From the NCBI GenBank assembly GCA_004298075.1, contig SCRK01000215.1, positions 1-47,489 on the forward strand: a DNA stretch of 47,489 bases, given 5' to 3'. Source of the DNA: a bacterium. GTDB lineage: Bacteria > Omnitrophota > Gorgyraeia > Gygaellales > Profunditerraquicolaceae. This document shows positions 35,692 to 44,058 of this stretch, piece by piece; position 1 is the stretch's first letter; the number at the start of each line of letters is the position of its first letter. Made by a program: the position numbers and the translations under genes. The notes beneath the pieces were generated by a model. That model did no database searches. It was not told the origin of the DNA and saw only the letters and a list, made by a program, of their open reading frames with translations.

Positions 35692-37389
35692 TTACCTTAC
35701 TTTTAAAATGCGGTAATTGCCTATGTAAAGTTCATGAATCCCTGTACCAAAAAAACTACGGATCGCATCCTTCGGAGTGCAAACTATAGGTTCGTCATTA
35801 TCATTAAATGACGTATTCAACACAACAGGAACATCAGTTATTTCCCGGAATTTATCTATAAGCGTCCAATAACGCTTATTAGTTTCCTTGATTACCGTCT
35901 GCACCCTGGCTGTTCCATCTTTATGCACTACCGCGGGTATGATTTTCCGCTTATCTCTATTCACTCTAAACACCTTTTGCATAAATGGGCTCGGAGAATC
36001 AATTTCAAAATAATCTTTCTGATATTCTTCTAACACCGAAGGAGCAAATGGACGATACCATTCACGATGTTTTATAAGCCTATTTATTTTATTTTTCATA
36101 TCAGGGTCGCGCGCATCTGCCAGTATCGAACGATTCCCTAGTGCGCGTTGCCCAAATTCCATCTTTCCTTGAAACCAACCGATAACTTTATTCTCTGATA
36201 TCGCCTTAGCTGCTTCTTTTTCAGGATTTTCTAATCGCTCATAAATAACAAGGGAGTCATCAAGCGCAGCTTTAATCTCTTTATCTGAAAAACCTGGCCC
36301 CCAATAATCATGTTCCATAACGAATTTCCTCTTTTTTCCTAAAACATGATTCCAGTAATAAAAAGCTGCTCCTAACGAACAACCTGCGTCATCAGCACTT
36401 GGCTGCACCCATACTTCAGAAAAGCCAGATTCTGCCGCTATACGGCCATTCATTTTGCTGTTCATTGCTACGCCGCCAGCTAAACAAAGGGTTTTGAGGC
36501 CGGTTTTCTTCTTAAGATATGCGCACATGTCCAAGACAACATCTTCTACGCATTTTTGAAAACTTGCTGCTATATTTATGTGGCGATCTATCAACTCGTC
36601 ACTAGCTTGGCGCTCAGGCCCAAACATCTTTATGAATTGGTCGGAATAACGCCGAGAGCTCCAGATATAATAAGTAAAGTAATCAAGATCAAAACGCAAT
36701 TCACCTTTATTTTTATCAAACCGCATAATTTTCTTAAACTTATCATAATATTCCGGTTTTCCATAAGCTGCCAACCCCATAACTTTCCATTCATCACTAT
36801 TTGCTCTATAGCCCAAATATTGCGTTATAGCTGCATAGACCTGGCCTAAAGAATGAGGAAATTCCGTCTTCCCTAAAGAACGAAGTTTATTGCCTTCTCC
36901 TATAAAAAATTGATGGGTAATATCGTCCCCATACGCATCTATTGTAAGGATGGCTGCTTTGTCATACGGAGAAACGAAAAATGCGCTGGCAGCATGAGTA
37001 TGATGGTGCGGGGCATAATGTAATTTTATCTTCCCGTCTGAGAAGCTTATTGTCTGATCGATAAAAGCTATCTTCTTGTTACGTTTATCCCCTTTTATAT
37101 GCCGCAAGAGATTATTTGGTATGTAATGCAAGAAATGCTTATGATACCGAATAGCCGCTGCAGAATCCTGCGGCTCAAGTTCATGGCCTGGATTCCAGGC
37201 AAACACAATATGGTTAACGTCTTTAATTTCTATACCCGCAGTTTTTAAGCAATATTCAACTGCCCTTGTAGGATAGGAATCTGAGAATTTAATTCTATCG
37301 AATCTTTCTTCCCTGGCAGCTGCTAAAAGTTTTCCGTCTTTGATTATCGACGCAGCAGAATTTGAATCATTGAGTCCTAGGATATACAT
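35692..37389 (-). CDS. Carbamoyltransferase (NodU/CmcH family)
   Basis: 565 aa. Contains MYILGLNDSNSAASIIKDGKLLAAAREERFDRIKF, HHHTHAASAFFVSPY, LAGGVAMNS and NTSFNDNDEPIVCTP. Confidence 0.9.
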   Translation of the reverse strand: MYILGLNDSNSAASIIKDGKLLAAAREERFDRIKFSDSYPTRAVEYCLKTAGIEIKDVNHIVFAWNPGHELEPQDSAAAIRYHKHFLHYIPNNLLRHIKGDKRNKKIAFIDQTISFSDGKIKLHYAPHHHTHAASAFFVSPYDKAAILTIDAYGDDITHQFFIGEGNKLRSLGKTEFPHSLGQVYAAITQYLGYRANSDEWKVMGLAAYGKPEYYDKFKKIMRFDKNKGELRFDLDYFTYYIWSSRRYSDQFIKMFGPERQASDELIDRHINIAASFQKCVEDVVLDMCAYLKKKTGLKTLCLAGGVAMNSKMNGRIAAESGFSEVWVQPSADDAGCSLGAAFYYWNHVLGKKRKFVMEHDYWGPGFSDKEIKAALDDSLVIYERLENPEKEAAKAISENKVIGWFQGKMEFGQRALGNRSILADARDPDMKNKINRLIKHREWYRPFAPSVLEEYQKDYFEIDSPSPFMQKVFRVNRDKRKIIPAVVHKDGTARVQTVIKETNKRYWTLIDKFREITDVPVVLNTSFNDNDEPIVCTPKDAIRSFFGTGIHELYIGNYRILKVR

Positions 37390-38105
37390 AAATTCTGACT
37401 CCCCTTTCTTTTGGAAGCACCCAATATTATATCTAAGCTATTTTCCCCCTGGTTAAAGAGGAGATCTAAAGTAGACATATTAGGAGCGAAACCTTCGTAT
37501 AACTGCTTATAAACAGGACATTTATAATCAAGCCACTCTATAGATATGCCGCGGCTTAAAAAATCTTCTTCTTTTAAATAGTCCCTTCCGGATGCGCCGC
37601 AAAGATAAACATTAGCTTTATTTATGCAGCATATCTCTAATATAAGATCAGACCCGCTATTTGTTCCTACTTCTAATTGCGAACAAAAAAGCATAGGCGT
37701 AAATATTCCCAGGTGTTTTCTAAAAAATTCTATGAAGCCCATATTCAAATCAATAAGCCGATCATACTCATTTTTATTAATTAAACCACTGAGCTCATCA
37801 TAATATTTATCGAAATAAGGTGCTTTGGCGTAAAAATGCAATATCTTCTTAGTCAAGTCATCTTTCCAATCCTGAGAATTATCTATTTTTACATCCATAA
37901 TTGCTTGTGTATATCTACCCTTGGTTAAAACCGGTATCCCTATATAAGATGTCTCACCCTTAGGCGAAACTATCAGATTTCTATTTTCGAAATATCTTTT
38001 TTTAAACTGAACTTGGTCAAATACCACATACAGATCAGCAATGGCCATCTTGTAAAAGAATCCTAACCATGGCATAAACTCAGGTTGATGTATAGCTATC
38101 TTCAT
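37377..38105 (-). CDS. WbqC-like family protein (function unknown, found in O-antigen clusters)
   Basis: 242 aa. The opening MKIAIHQPEFMPWLGFFYKMAIADLYVVFDQVQFKKRYFENRN matches the WbqC family (PF08889) opening block as I remember it. Confidence 0.7.
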   Translation of the reverse strand: MKIAIHQPEFMPWLGFFYKMAIADLYVVFDQVQFKKRYFENRNLIVSPKGETSYIGIPVLTKGRYTQAIMDVKIDNSQDWKDDLTKKILHFYAKAPYFDKYYDELSGLINKNEYDRLIDLNMGFIEFFRKHLGIFTPMLFCSQLEVGTNSGSDLILEICCINKANVYLCGASGRDYLKEEDFLSRGISIEWLDYKCPVYKQLYEGFAPNMSTLDLLFNQGENSLDIILGASKRKGSQNLCIS

Positions 38106-38121
38106 TTATAGTATGGGTCAC

Positions 38122-38751
38122 CTATTTAATAAACGACTTTACCATGTGGAATGTTTCAGCGTATGGCACGTTAACTTTAGCACCTGCTGCGCTATTCTGT
38201 TTCTTGACGAAATCTAACCAGGAATAATTCACATTCTTCATCTCTGATTCAAAAAATTTCAGAAGCCTGATTTTATCATCGATGAAATCGGAAATATTTA
38301 CATAATAGTTATCGTCTTGAGTATTATCCATTATGTACCAGTTACTGCGATACATCAACACTTTATCGCATTTTCTGCAGGCTCTCATCGAAACATAGCC
38401 TACAGTAGCATGATCAGCATGGCTATCATTCAATTGATGCGTATAAACACAATCCGGCTTTATCTTATTTACTATTTCCTCAATCTCAAGAACAAGTTTT
38501 TCCGTAGGGATAAGGACTATTGGATCTTTATTACAACAAATTAATTCTGCCTTGAGATATTCAGCACTCCTTTTACCTTCCTGCTTAGCTTTATAAGCGC
38601 TTCTTATGCTTTTTTTTGTCTTACTTTTATATCCGGAATTTGTCACAACTATTATATATATCTTGTCTCCCTGCCTCTTGTGCCTGAGAAGCGTACCTCC
38701 GCATCCCAACTCTACATCATCAAAATGTGCCCCGATAGCTAATACTTTCAT
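38122..38751 (-). CDS. PIG-L/LmbE-family N-deacetylase
   Basis: 209 aa. Contains VLAIGAHFDDVELGCGGTL (AHPDD.E.G.GGT motif) and DSHADHATV (HxDH zinc motif). Confidence 0.85.
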   Translation of the reverse strand: MKVLAIGAHFDDVELGCGGTLLRHKRQGDKIYIIVVTNSGYKSKTKKSIRSAYKAKQEGKRSAEYLKAELICCNKDPIVLIPTEKLVLEIEEIVNKIKPDCVYTHQLNDSHADHATVGYVSMRACRKCDKVLMYRSNWYIMDNTQDDNYYVNISDFIDDKIRLLKFFESEMKNVNYSWLDFVKKQNSAAGAKVNVPYAETFHMVKSFIK

Positions 38752-38777
38752 AGGCTTCTCCCTTCTTTCTTCCAGAA

Positions 38778-39437
38778 TTAATTATGAAAAAGTTTTATCT
38801 GAGCAAAATCACTTATCTTTGGCCCACCATTCAAATTCTTTAGCTCTTTACTTTTAGCGTTAATAATGCTTATAAAATAAATTTTATTTTTTTTAGCAGC
38901 CTTATAGTCGCTCTTGGCATCCCCAAAAAAAATCGCCTCTTTCGCGTCTATTTTATACTTTTTCAGTAGCCCAGCCGTATTCTTAGTTTTATCCTTAGGT
39001 GATCCAAGAATTTCATTAAAGAGCCTATTTATTTTCTTCTGTTTCAGAATATACCTAATTTCCTTTTGCGGAGTTCCGGAGATTATAAAACAATTTTTAC
39101 TTTCACTATTTAATCGTTTTAAGAAAGCCTTTGCTCCTTTTATATATGGCGCAGCGATAACTTTCTTAACTACAAGCCTGGAAAAATATCTATCCAACAT
39201 ATTGATTATCTTAGAGTTAATTTCTCTACCCAAAAGGTTCTTATAATAGTATTTAAATTTCTCATAGCGGGAGACTCCGCCATTATTACGATGATAATCC
39301 ATTACTTTCTTAGAAATAGCTTTGCCGTATTTATTGAACAACTCACCGAAAGCCTCGGTCTTTATATCTAAGCTGTCGACAATAACCCCGTCAAAATCAA
39401 AAAAGAAAGAGCTGTATTTACTTAAATCGATCTTCAT
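38778..39437 (-). CDS. HAD-superfamily hydrolase/phosphatase
   Basis: 219 aa. Has FFFDFDGVIVDS (motif I DxDG), SGTPQ (motif II) and FFGDAKSDYKAA (motif IV). Confidence 0.8.
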   Translation of the reverse strand: MKIDLSKYSSFFFDFDGVIVDSLDIKTEAFGELFNKYGKAISKKVMDYHRNNGGVSRYEKFKYYYKNLLGREINSKIINMLDRYFSRLVVKKVIAAPYIKGAKAFLKRLNSESKNCFIISGTPQKEIRYILKQKKINRLFNEILGSPKDKTKNTAGLLKKYKIDAKEAIFFGDAKSDYKAAKKNKIYFISIINAKSKELKNLNGGPKISDFAQIKLFHN

Positions 39438-39442
39438 ATCCC

Positions 39443-40087
39443 TTAATTGTAGATCCCTAAGACTGTGCAGGGAGAAGCGTCGGCTCCTGCCACAAGTATG
39501 GGCGCGGCTATGACTAAATCAGGTTTACGGCGCAAATCAGCCAAGCGCATATCTTCGATCAATAAAATATTCCTGCCTAAGAAGGCCTTATGAGCCTGCC
39601 TGCCCGCCTCTCTCTTGCTTAAACTTGAGATAGATATGCAATCTATCCCCACAGCCCTGAGAGAAGGGCATTTTTTCTTTAGCCATCCTGCAAGCAAAGG
39701 GGCAAGAGAAACAGAATTTTTCCAATAGATATTCTTATTTCTATGCATTTCAGAACCTGTCTTAATAAGAAGCAGCTCGCAATCATGGACATTTTTTAAA
39801 TCACCCGGCCCAATTACGCCATCGGGGCTAGCCCCTTTAATCCTTACCACCTCTACTTTATTAAAAATTAAATCCGAGGGAGAAATCCCGGAGATAGACT
39901 TACCATTATCTATGAAATGCGCTGGAGCATCCAGGTGGGTCCCGGTATGATTAGAAAATGACCAAAACATCGTATTGCAAGAATCACCTCTTTTAATCGA
40001 CTTCATCTTTCTCAAAATAATTGACTTTTCACCGCCATAAACAGGGGAACGTTTATTTATAATGTGAGAAAGAAATATTGCCTTCAT
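39443..40087 (-). CDS. Cyclase-family protein (kynurenine-formamidase-like metal-dependent hydrolase, PF04199)
   Basis: 214 aa. Contains the HTGTHLDAPAHF motif (HxGTHxDxPxH). Confidence 0.8.
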   Translation of the reverse strand: MKAIFLSHIINKRSPVYGGEKSIILRKMKSIKRGDSCNTMFWSFSNHTGTHLDAPAHFIDNGKSISGISPSDLIFNKVEVVRIKGASPDGVIGPGDLKNVHDCELLLIKTGSEMHRNKNIYWKNSVSLAPLLAGWLKKKCPSLRAVGIDCISISSLSKREAGRQAHKAFLGRNILLIEDMRLADLRRKPDLVIAAPILVAGADASPCTVLGIYN

Positions 40088-41016
40088 GGTTTTCCTGTTG
40101 CCGGACTTTTAAGGCCTTTTAGGCCTTTGATCAAATTATTAACCGACTCGATTTCCATCTCTATCCTTGCTTCTTTGGCATAAGAACCTATATGGGGAGT
40201 AAGCAGGCAATTTTCCAGATCCGACAGCTTACCGTTGTATGGTTCATTGTGAAATACATCTAACGCGGCTGAGGATACCTTGCCCGATTTTAACCCGTCA
40301 TATAAAGCCTCTTCATCAATCCCGGAACCTCTGGAGGTATTTATCAAAACTACCCCCTCCTTCATTTTGCTTATTTCGCTGCTTGAGATCAATGTTTCTT
40401 TACCTGAAAAATGGATTGAGATGATATCGGCATAGCTAAAGATATTATCCAAAGATACCTGTTTGGCAAAGCTGTCCTTGATCTTTCTTATGTCATAAAA
40501 TATTATGTTCACTCCGAATGCCTTGGCCAACGCAGAAACCCTTCTGCCTATTTTCCCAAAACCTATGATCCCCAAAACTTTGCCTTTAAATAATAAACCC
40601 ATTTCTTTTTTCCAGATTTTATTATGTATATTCCTGTCCCCTGAATAAATTTTCCTTAAGCAATTGATAATCAATCCTAAGGTGAGCTCGGCAACTGAAT
40701 CAACTAAAACATCGGGCGTATTAAATACCCTGATATGCAGCTTACTTGCTTCGGCCAGATCGATATTATCCATACCTACCCCAACACGCGATATTACTTT
40801 CAAAGATTTGGCCTGCTCCAGGGCTTCTTTGGTAATTGATTCTGTTCCGGCGACTAAACCGGCATATGAGCCTTCCTTCAGGAAGCTTGCGATTTCCTGC
40901 TCTGTAAGTTTCCTCTTTAAGGGATTAACCACGAAGTCAATGCCGTTCTTCTCCAGGATACTTAACGGCTCATTGCTGTGCTCGGCAAAGGTAGTTGTGG
41001 AAATAAATACTTTCAT
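40084..41016 (-). CDS. D-isomer-specific 2-hydroxyacid dehydrogenase (phosphoglycerate/glycerate dehydrogenase-like)
   Basis: 310 aa. Has GKVLGIIGFGKIGRRV (NAD-binding motif). The catalytic R/E/H pattern is present as LINTSRGSGIDEEAL, ALDVFHNEP and LLTPHIGS. Confidence 0.85.
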   Translation of the reverse strand: MKVFISTTTFAEHSNEPLSILEKNGIDFVVNPLKRKLTEQEIASFLKEGSYAGLVAGTESITKEALEQAKSLKVISRVGVGMDNIDLAEASKLHIRVFNTPDVLVDSVAELTLGLIINCLRKIYSGDRNIHNKIWKKEMGLLFKGKVLGIIGFGKIGRRVSALAKAFGVNIIFYDIRKIKDSFAKQVSLDNIFSYADIISIHFSGKETLISSSEISKMKEGVVLINTSRGSGIDEEALYDGLKSGKVSSAALDVFHNEPYNGKLSDLENCLLTPHIGSYAKEARIEMEIESVNNLIKGLKGLKSPATGKP

Positions 41017-41017
41017 T

Positions 41018-41179
41018 TTATGCTTTTAGAGATAAAGTTTTATGAAGAGACTCGGCATCAACTTTAAATTCCGACTGGTCAGCCTCCTTGAGCAAGACAT
41101 TGCACAAATTAGTGCAGGCAATGGGAGGAAAAGTATCCGTTTCAGAACGGATCGGTATATTACAAAGCAGAATCTTCAT
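41018..41179 (-). pseudogene. 53-codon ORF filling the only long 'intergenic' stretch; possibly a remnant of the N-terminus of a B12-binding radical SAM gene, or a genuine small protein
   Basis: Below the ORF-track length cut-off and found by hand: MKILLCNIPIRSETDTFPPIACTNLCNVLLKEADQSEFKVDAESLHKTLSLKA. Its ATG shares one nt with the upstream TAA (TAATG). Its stop lies 1 nt before the next ATG. By eye, FPPIACTNLCNVLLKE....FKVDA resembles FPLGIIYLAGGLLREGYEVKLVDA of the 502-aa B12/radical SAM protein at 3677..5185. Confidence 0.3.
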
Positions 41180-42141
41180 TATAGAATATTATTCTGCGAT
41201 TCAATCCACTTATAAGTAATTGTAAGTCCGTCTTTCAGCTTTAAGGAAGGAGCCCAGCCAAGCTTTTGACGGAGCAGGCGGTTATCGGAATTCCTGCCCC
41301 TTACCCCGGTTGGGCCGGTAATATTTTTTATTGAAAGGCCTTTTCCGGAAATATCTATTATCATCTTAGCCAATCCGTTGATGGTAACCATCTCCTCAGA
41401 CCCTATGTTTACCGGGCCGGAGAAATCAAAGGCCATCAAACGCCTGACCCCTTCCAGGCATTCATCAATATAAAGAAAAGATCTAGTCTGTTTTCCGTCA
41501 CCCCAGATCTCTATCTTACCTCCATCCTTGGCTTCGGCGACTTTTCGGCAGATCGCCGCAGGGGCTTTCTCTTTACCTCCACGCCAAGTACCTTCCGGGC
41601 CGAATATATTGTGGAAACGGGCTATGTGCACCTTCATGCCATAATTACGGTTATAAGCAAGATAAAGCCGCTCGCTAAATAGCTTTTCCCATCCATATTC
41701 GCTATCGGGGGCGGCAGGATACGCGGAATCCTCGGCGCACTTAGGATTAGCGGGATCCTCTTGATTATAAGCTGGATACATACATGCGGATGAAGAATAA
41801 AAAATCTTTTTTACTTTGGCAAGTCGGCACTGTTCAAGCATATTCAGGTTTATGGTCGCTGAATTGTGCATCACATCGGCATCATGTTCGCCGGTAAAAA
41901 TATACCCGGCCCCTCCCATATCCGCGGCAAGCTGGTAAACTTCATCAAACGGCGAATCTGCTATCTTACGCACTACCTGCTGTTCACGCAGGTCCCCTAT
42001 CACAAAATCATCGGCCTGGGTCTTACTAAATTCAGGATATTTTAAATCCACCCCGCGCACCCAATATCCTTCTTTCTTTAGCCTTTTAACCAGGTGGCTG
42101 CCGATGAAACCTCCGGCGCCGGTAACTAATGCCTTTTTCAT
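41179..42141 (-). CDS. GDP-mannose 3,5-epimerase-like extended SDR
   Basis: 320 aa. Contains ALVTGAGGFIGSHL, LAADMGGAGYI, FYSSSACMYP, EYGWEKL, ARFHNIFGPEGTWRGGKEKAPAAICRK, WGDGKQTRSFLYIDECLEGV, GPTGVRGRNSDN and LGWAPSLKLKDGL. These blocks closely track the plant/bacterial GME sequence as I remember it. Confidence 0.8.
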   Translation of the reverse strand: MKKALVTGAGGFIGSHLVKRLKKEGYWVRGVDLKYPEFSKTQADDFVIGDLREQQVVRKIADSPFDEVYQLAADMGGAGYIFTGEHDADVMHNSATINLNMLEQCRLAKVKKIFYSSSACMYPAYNQEDPANPKCAEDSAYPAAPDSEYGWEKLFSERLYLAYNRNYGMKVHIARFHNIFGPEGTWRGGKEKAPAAICRKVAEAKDGGKIEIWGDGKQTRSFLYIDECLEGVRRLMAFDFSGPVNIGSEEMVTINGLAKMIIDISGKGLSIKNITGPTGVRGRNSDNRLLRQKLGWAPSLKLKDGLTITYKWIESQNNIL

Positions 42142-43199
42142 ATCTTTCTTAACCCCATTTCGTTATTGCGTATCCAGATGAAAATATCGGACAAAACTGA
42201 TTTTGCCTTTTTCTTTGGCTTCCATTTTAATTCTCCGGATACCTTGCTGTTATCGCTTAGATAAATGGATATATCCCCCTTACGGGTTTCCAGATCGCTT
42301 GAGATCTTTATCTTGTTGCCGGTGATTTCCTGGCATAATCTAGTTGTCTCATAAAGGGAAAGGCTTATTTCTTCTCCTCCGCCCACATTATAAATATTGC
42401 CGTTTATCCCGGAAAGCTGCGTCGACTCGATATCGATCAAAATAAATAAATCATCCACATGCAAAAGGTCGCGCACCTGTTTGCCTTTTGCCCCAAAACC
42501 GATATATTTAAGCGGCTTCTTGAAATAGTGTGCCAGCATCCAGTAGGTAAAGATACCCTGGTCAATTTTACCGAACTGCCACGGCCCGCCGACAACCCCG
42601 CAGCGGTTGATTACTCCTTTTATCCCGTAGTTAGCGATATATTCCTGTAAAAGCAACTCGGAGGAAAGCTTGGTTGCCCCATACAGGGTTTTGGGGCCTT
42701 GAGTGGTAAAATTCTCATTTATCCCGTTAACTGACCAGCCCTGGATATCCTGATCCGGACTCCAGGCAAAACGGGTATCAGTTTCGATCGTTTTAATTTT
42801 ATTTATTGGTTTATATGGATAGACCCGGCTGGTGGAAAGAAAAATTATATCCGCCTTCTGTTTTCGGCATAGCTCAAGGCAATTGACAGTTCCGGTTAAA
42901 TTGGTGTTGATAATATAAGACGGGTTATCAAGACCGGCCATAACCGAAGGCTCGGCAGAGCATTCAATTACTAAATCTACATCAAAATTCAGAGCCAGGT
43001 CTTCAGGATTCCTTATATCCGCGTGGATAAAATTGACATTTTTTTCTTTTAAGCGGGCTAGATTAAGCTCGGAACCCCGGCGTTTAAGGTTATCCAGGGC
43101 GTAAACCTTTAGCTTTGGATATTTGCGCTTGAAGTTAACCGCCAGGTTAGAGCCGATAAAACCTGCGCCGCCGGTGATCAGTAAAGCGCTGTATTTCAT
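42138..43199 (-). CDS. CDP-paratose 2-epimerase-like extended SDR (paralog 1)
   Basis: 353 aa. Contains LLITGGAGFIGSNL, LSTSRVYP, LYGATKLSSE (YxxxK), GAKGKQVRDLLHVDDL, YNVGGGEEISLSLYE and RKGDISIYLSDNSKV, similar to the Salmonella RfbE/Tyv family blocks. Confidence 0.75.
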   Translation of the reverse strand: MKYSALLITGGAGFIGSNLAVNFKRKYPKLKVYALDNLKRRGSELNLARLKEKNVNFIHADIRNPEDLALNFDVDLVIECSAEPSVMAGLDNPSYIINTNLTGTVNCLELCRKQKADIIFLSTSRVYPYKPINKIKTIETDTRFAWSPDQDIQGWSVNGINENFTTQGPKTLYGATKLSSELLLQEYIANYGIKGVINRCGVVGGPWQFGKIDQGIFTYWMLAHYFKKPLKYIGFGAKGKQVRDLLHVDDLFILIDIESTQLSGINGNIYNVGGGEEISLSLYETTRLCQEITGNKIKISSDLETRKGDISIYLSDNSKVSGELKWKPKKKAKSVLSDIFIWIRNNEMGLRKI

Positions 43200-43996
43200 G
43201 ATATTCTCCTTGCTAACCTCATTGCTTCTTCGCGTTTCTTAACCAAGATTTTAGGGTTTTCGATCAAATCCGTAGCGCTCCAGGCATCGCTGCAGTATTT
43301 ATTCATATATTCATAAGTCAGGTAACCGTAGCCTTTATCCGCCCACTTCAACCCCCATGAATTCTTAAATTTAAGGATCCCGAGTTTGTCGTCATAACCG
43401 ACGATACAAATAGCATGGCCTCCCATTAACTCCTCATTACGCTTAGGCATAGGGATAAAACCGTTCCTCTCTGCCCTTTTAGTAAACCACGATTTAAATA
43501 CTTTTACACCGGCAAGAAAAGGCCCATTCACAAGCAAGCTTCTTTTCATTTCAATCAAGGATTTGATCCGGGCATAGGCCTTGATCTTGAATCTTTTCGC
43601 ATCACTATCCGCTCCCCTGCGCGCCGTATTCTTCTGATGCGGCGCATACGGCCAGAATGACTCATGACATACACCATAATTCAGCAGAATCTTCATAGCT
43701 ACGCGCGGATACGTACCATCCTCAAAGGGTGAACCGTCAATTTCTTTGCATAGATTATAGAGAAAACGGGGAGAAAGCCTGATAAACTTGTGGTATTCTT
43801 TTTTATCCTGGTACTCCTTGACCCCGCTCACAGAAGCAAAAGCTACGCAAGTACCTTCATCACCCTGGTCCCTGACCGGGCTCATTGCCCTAGTAAAATC
43901 AAAGCTGACCGGCACGGTAACCGCGGGCAAAACCAGGCCCATTGGGATATCGCGTAAATCTAAAGGGTCTTTTAGGCAGCCAAGCGCAAACTTCAT
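43196..43996 (-). CDS. Papain-family (C1) cysteine peptidase with no signal peptide or prodomain
   Basis: 266 aa with a complete catalytic set. Gln/Cys are in VRDQGDEGTCVAFAS (Q six residues before C, as in papain). His is in GGHAICIVGYD. Asn is in FKNSWGLKWADKGYGYL. The N-terminus MKFALGCLKDPLDLRDIP is not hydrophobic. Confidence 0.85.
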   Translation of the reverse strand: MKFALGCLKDPLDLRDIPMGLVLPAVTVPVSFDFTRAMSPVRDQGDEGTCVAFASVSGVKEYQDKKEYHKFIRLSPRFLYNLCKEIDGSPFEDGTYPRVAMKILLNYGVCHESFWPYAPHQKNTARRGADSDAKRFKIKAYARIKSLIEMKRSLLVNGPFLAGVKVFKSWFTKRAERNGFIPMPKRNEELMGGHAICIVGYDDKLGILKFKNSWGLKWADKGYGYLTYEYMNKYCSDAWSATDLIENPKILVKKREEAMRLARRIS

Positions 43997-44007
43997 AATA
44001 GAAGAAT

Positions 44008-44016
44008 ATTATAACA
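44008..44016 (-). promoter_or_regulatory. Extended -10-like element (TGTTATAAT on the minus strand) in the 62-nt gap upstream of the peptidase gene
   Basis: The minus strand reads ...CCTTGCCTTAATGTTATAATATTCTTCTATTATG. TGnTATAAT is a perfect extended -10, but it lies only 11 nt before the ATG, there is no good -35, and no Shine-Dalgarno sequence. If real, it implies a near-leaderless transcript. Confidence 0.2.
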
Positions 44017-44058
44017 TTAAGGCAAGGAAAATAAAGGTTTTTTTGCGGCTTTGCAGGG

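Noticed and set aside
43997-44058. Rho-independent terminator after the beta-repeat gene
   Set aside because: The A/T-rich run (GCAAAAAAACC on the minus strand) is not preceded by a convincing GC-rich stem-loop. No terminator is called.
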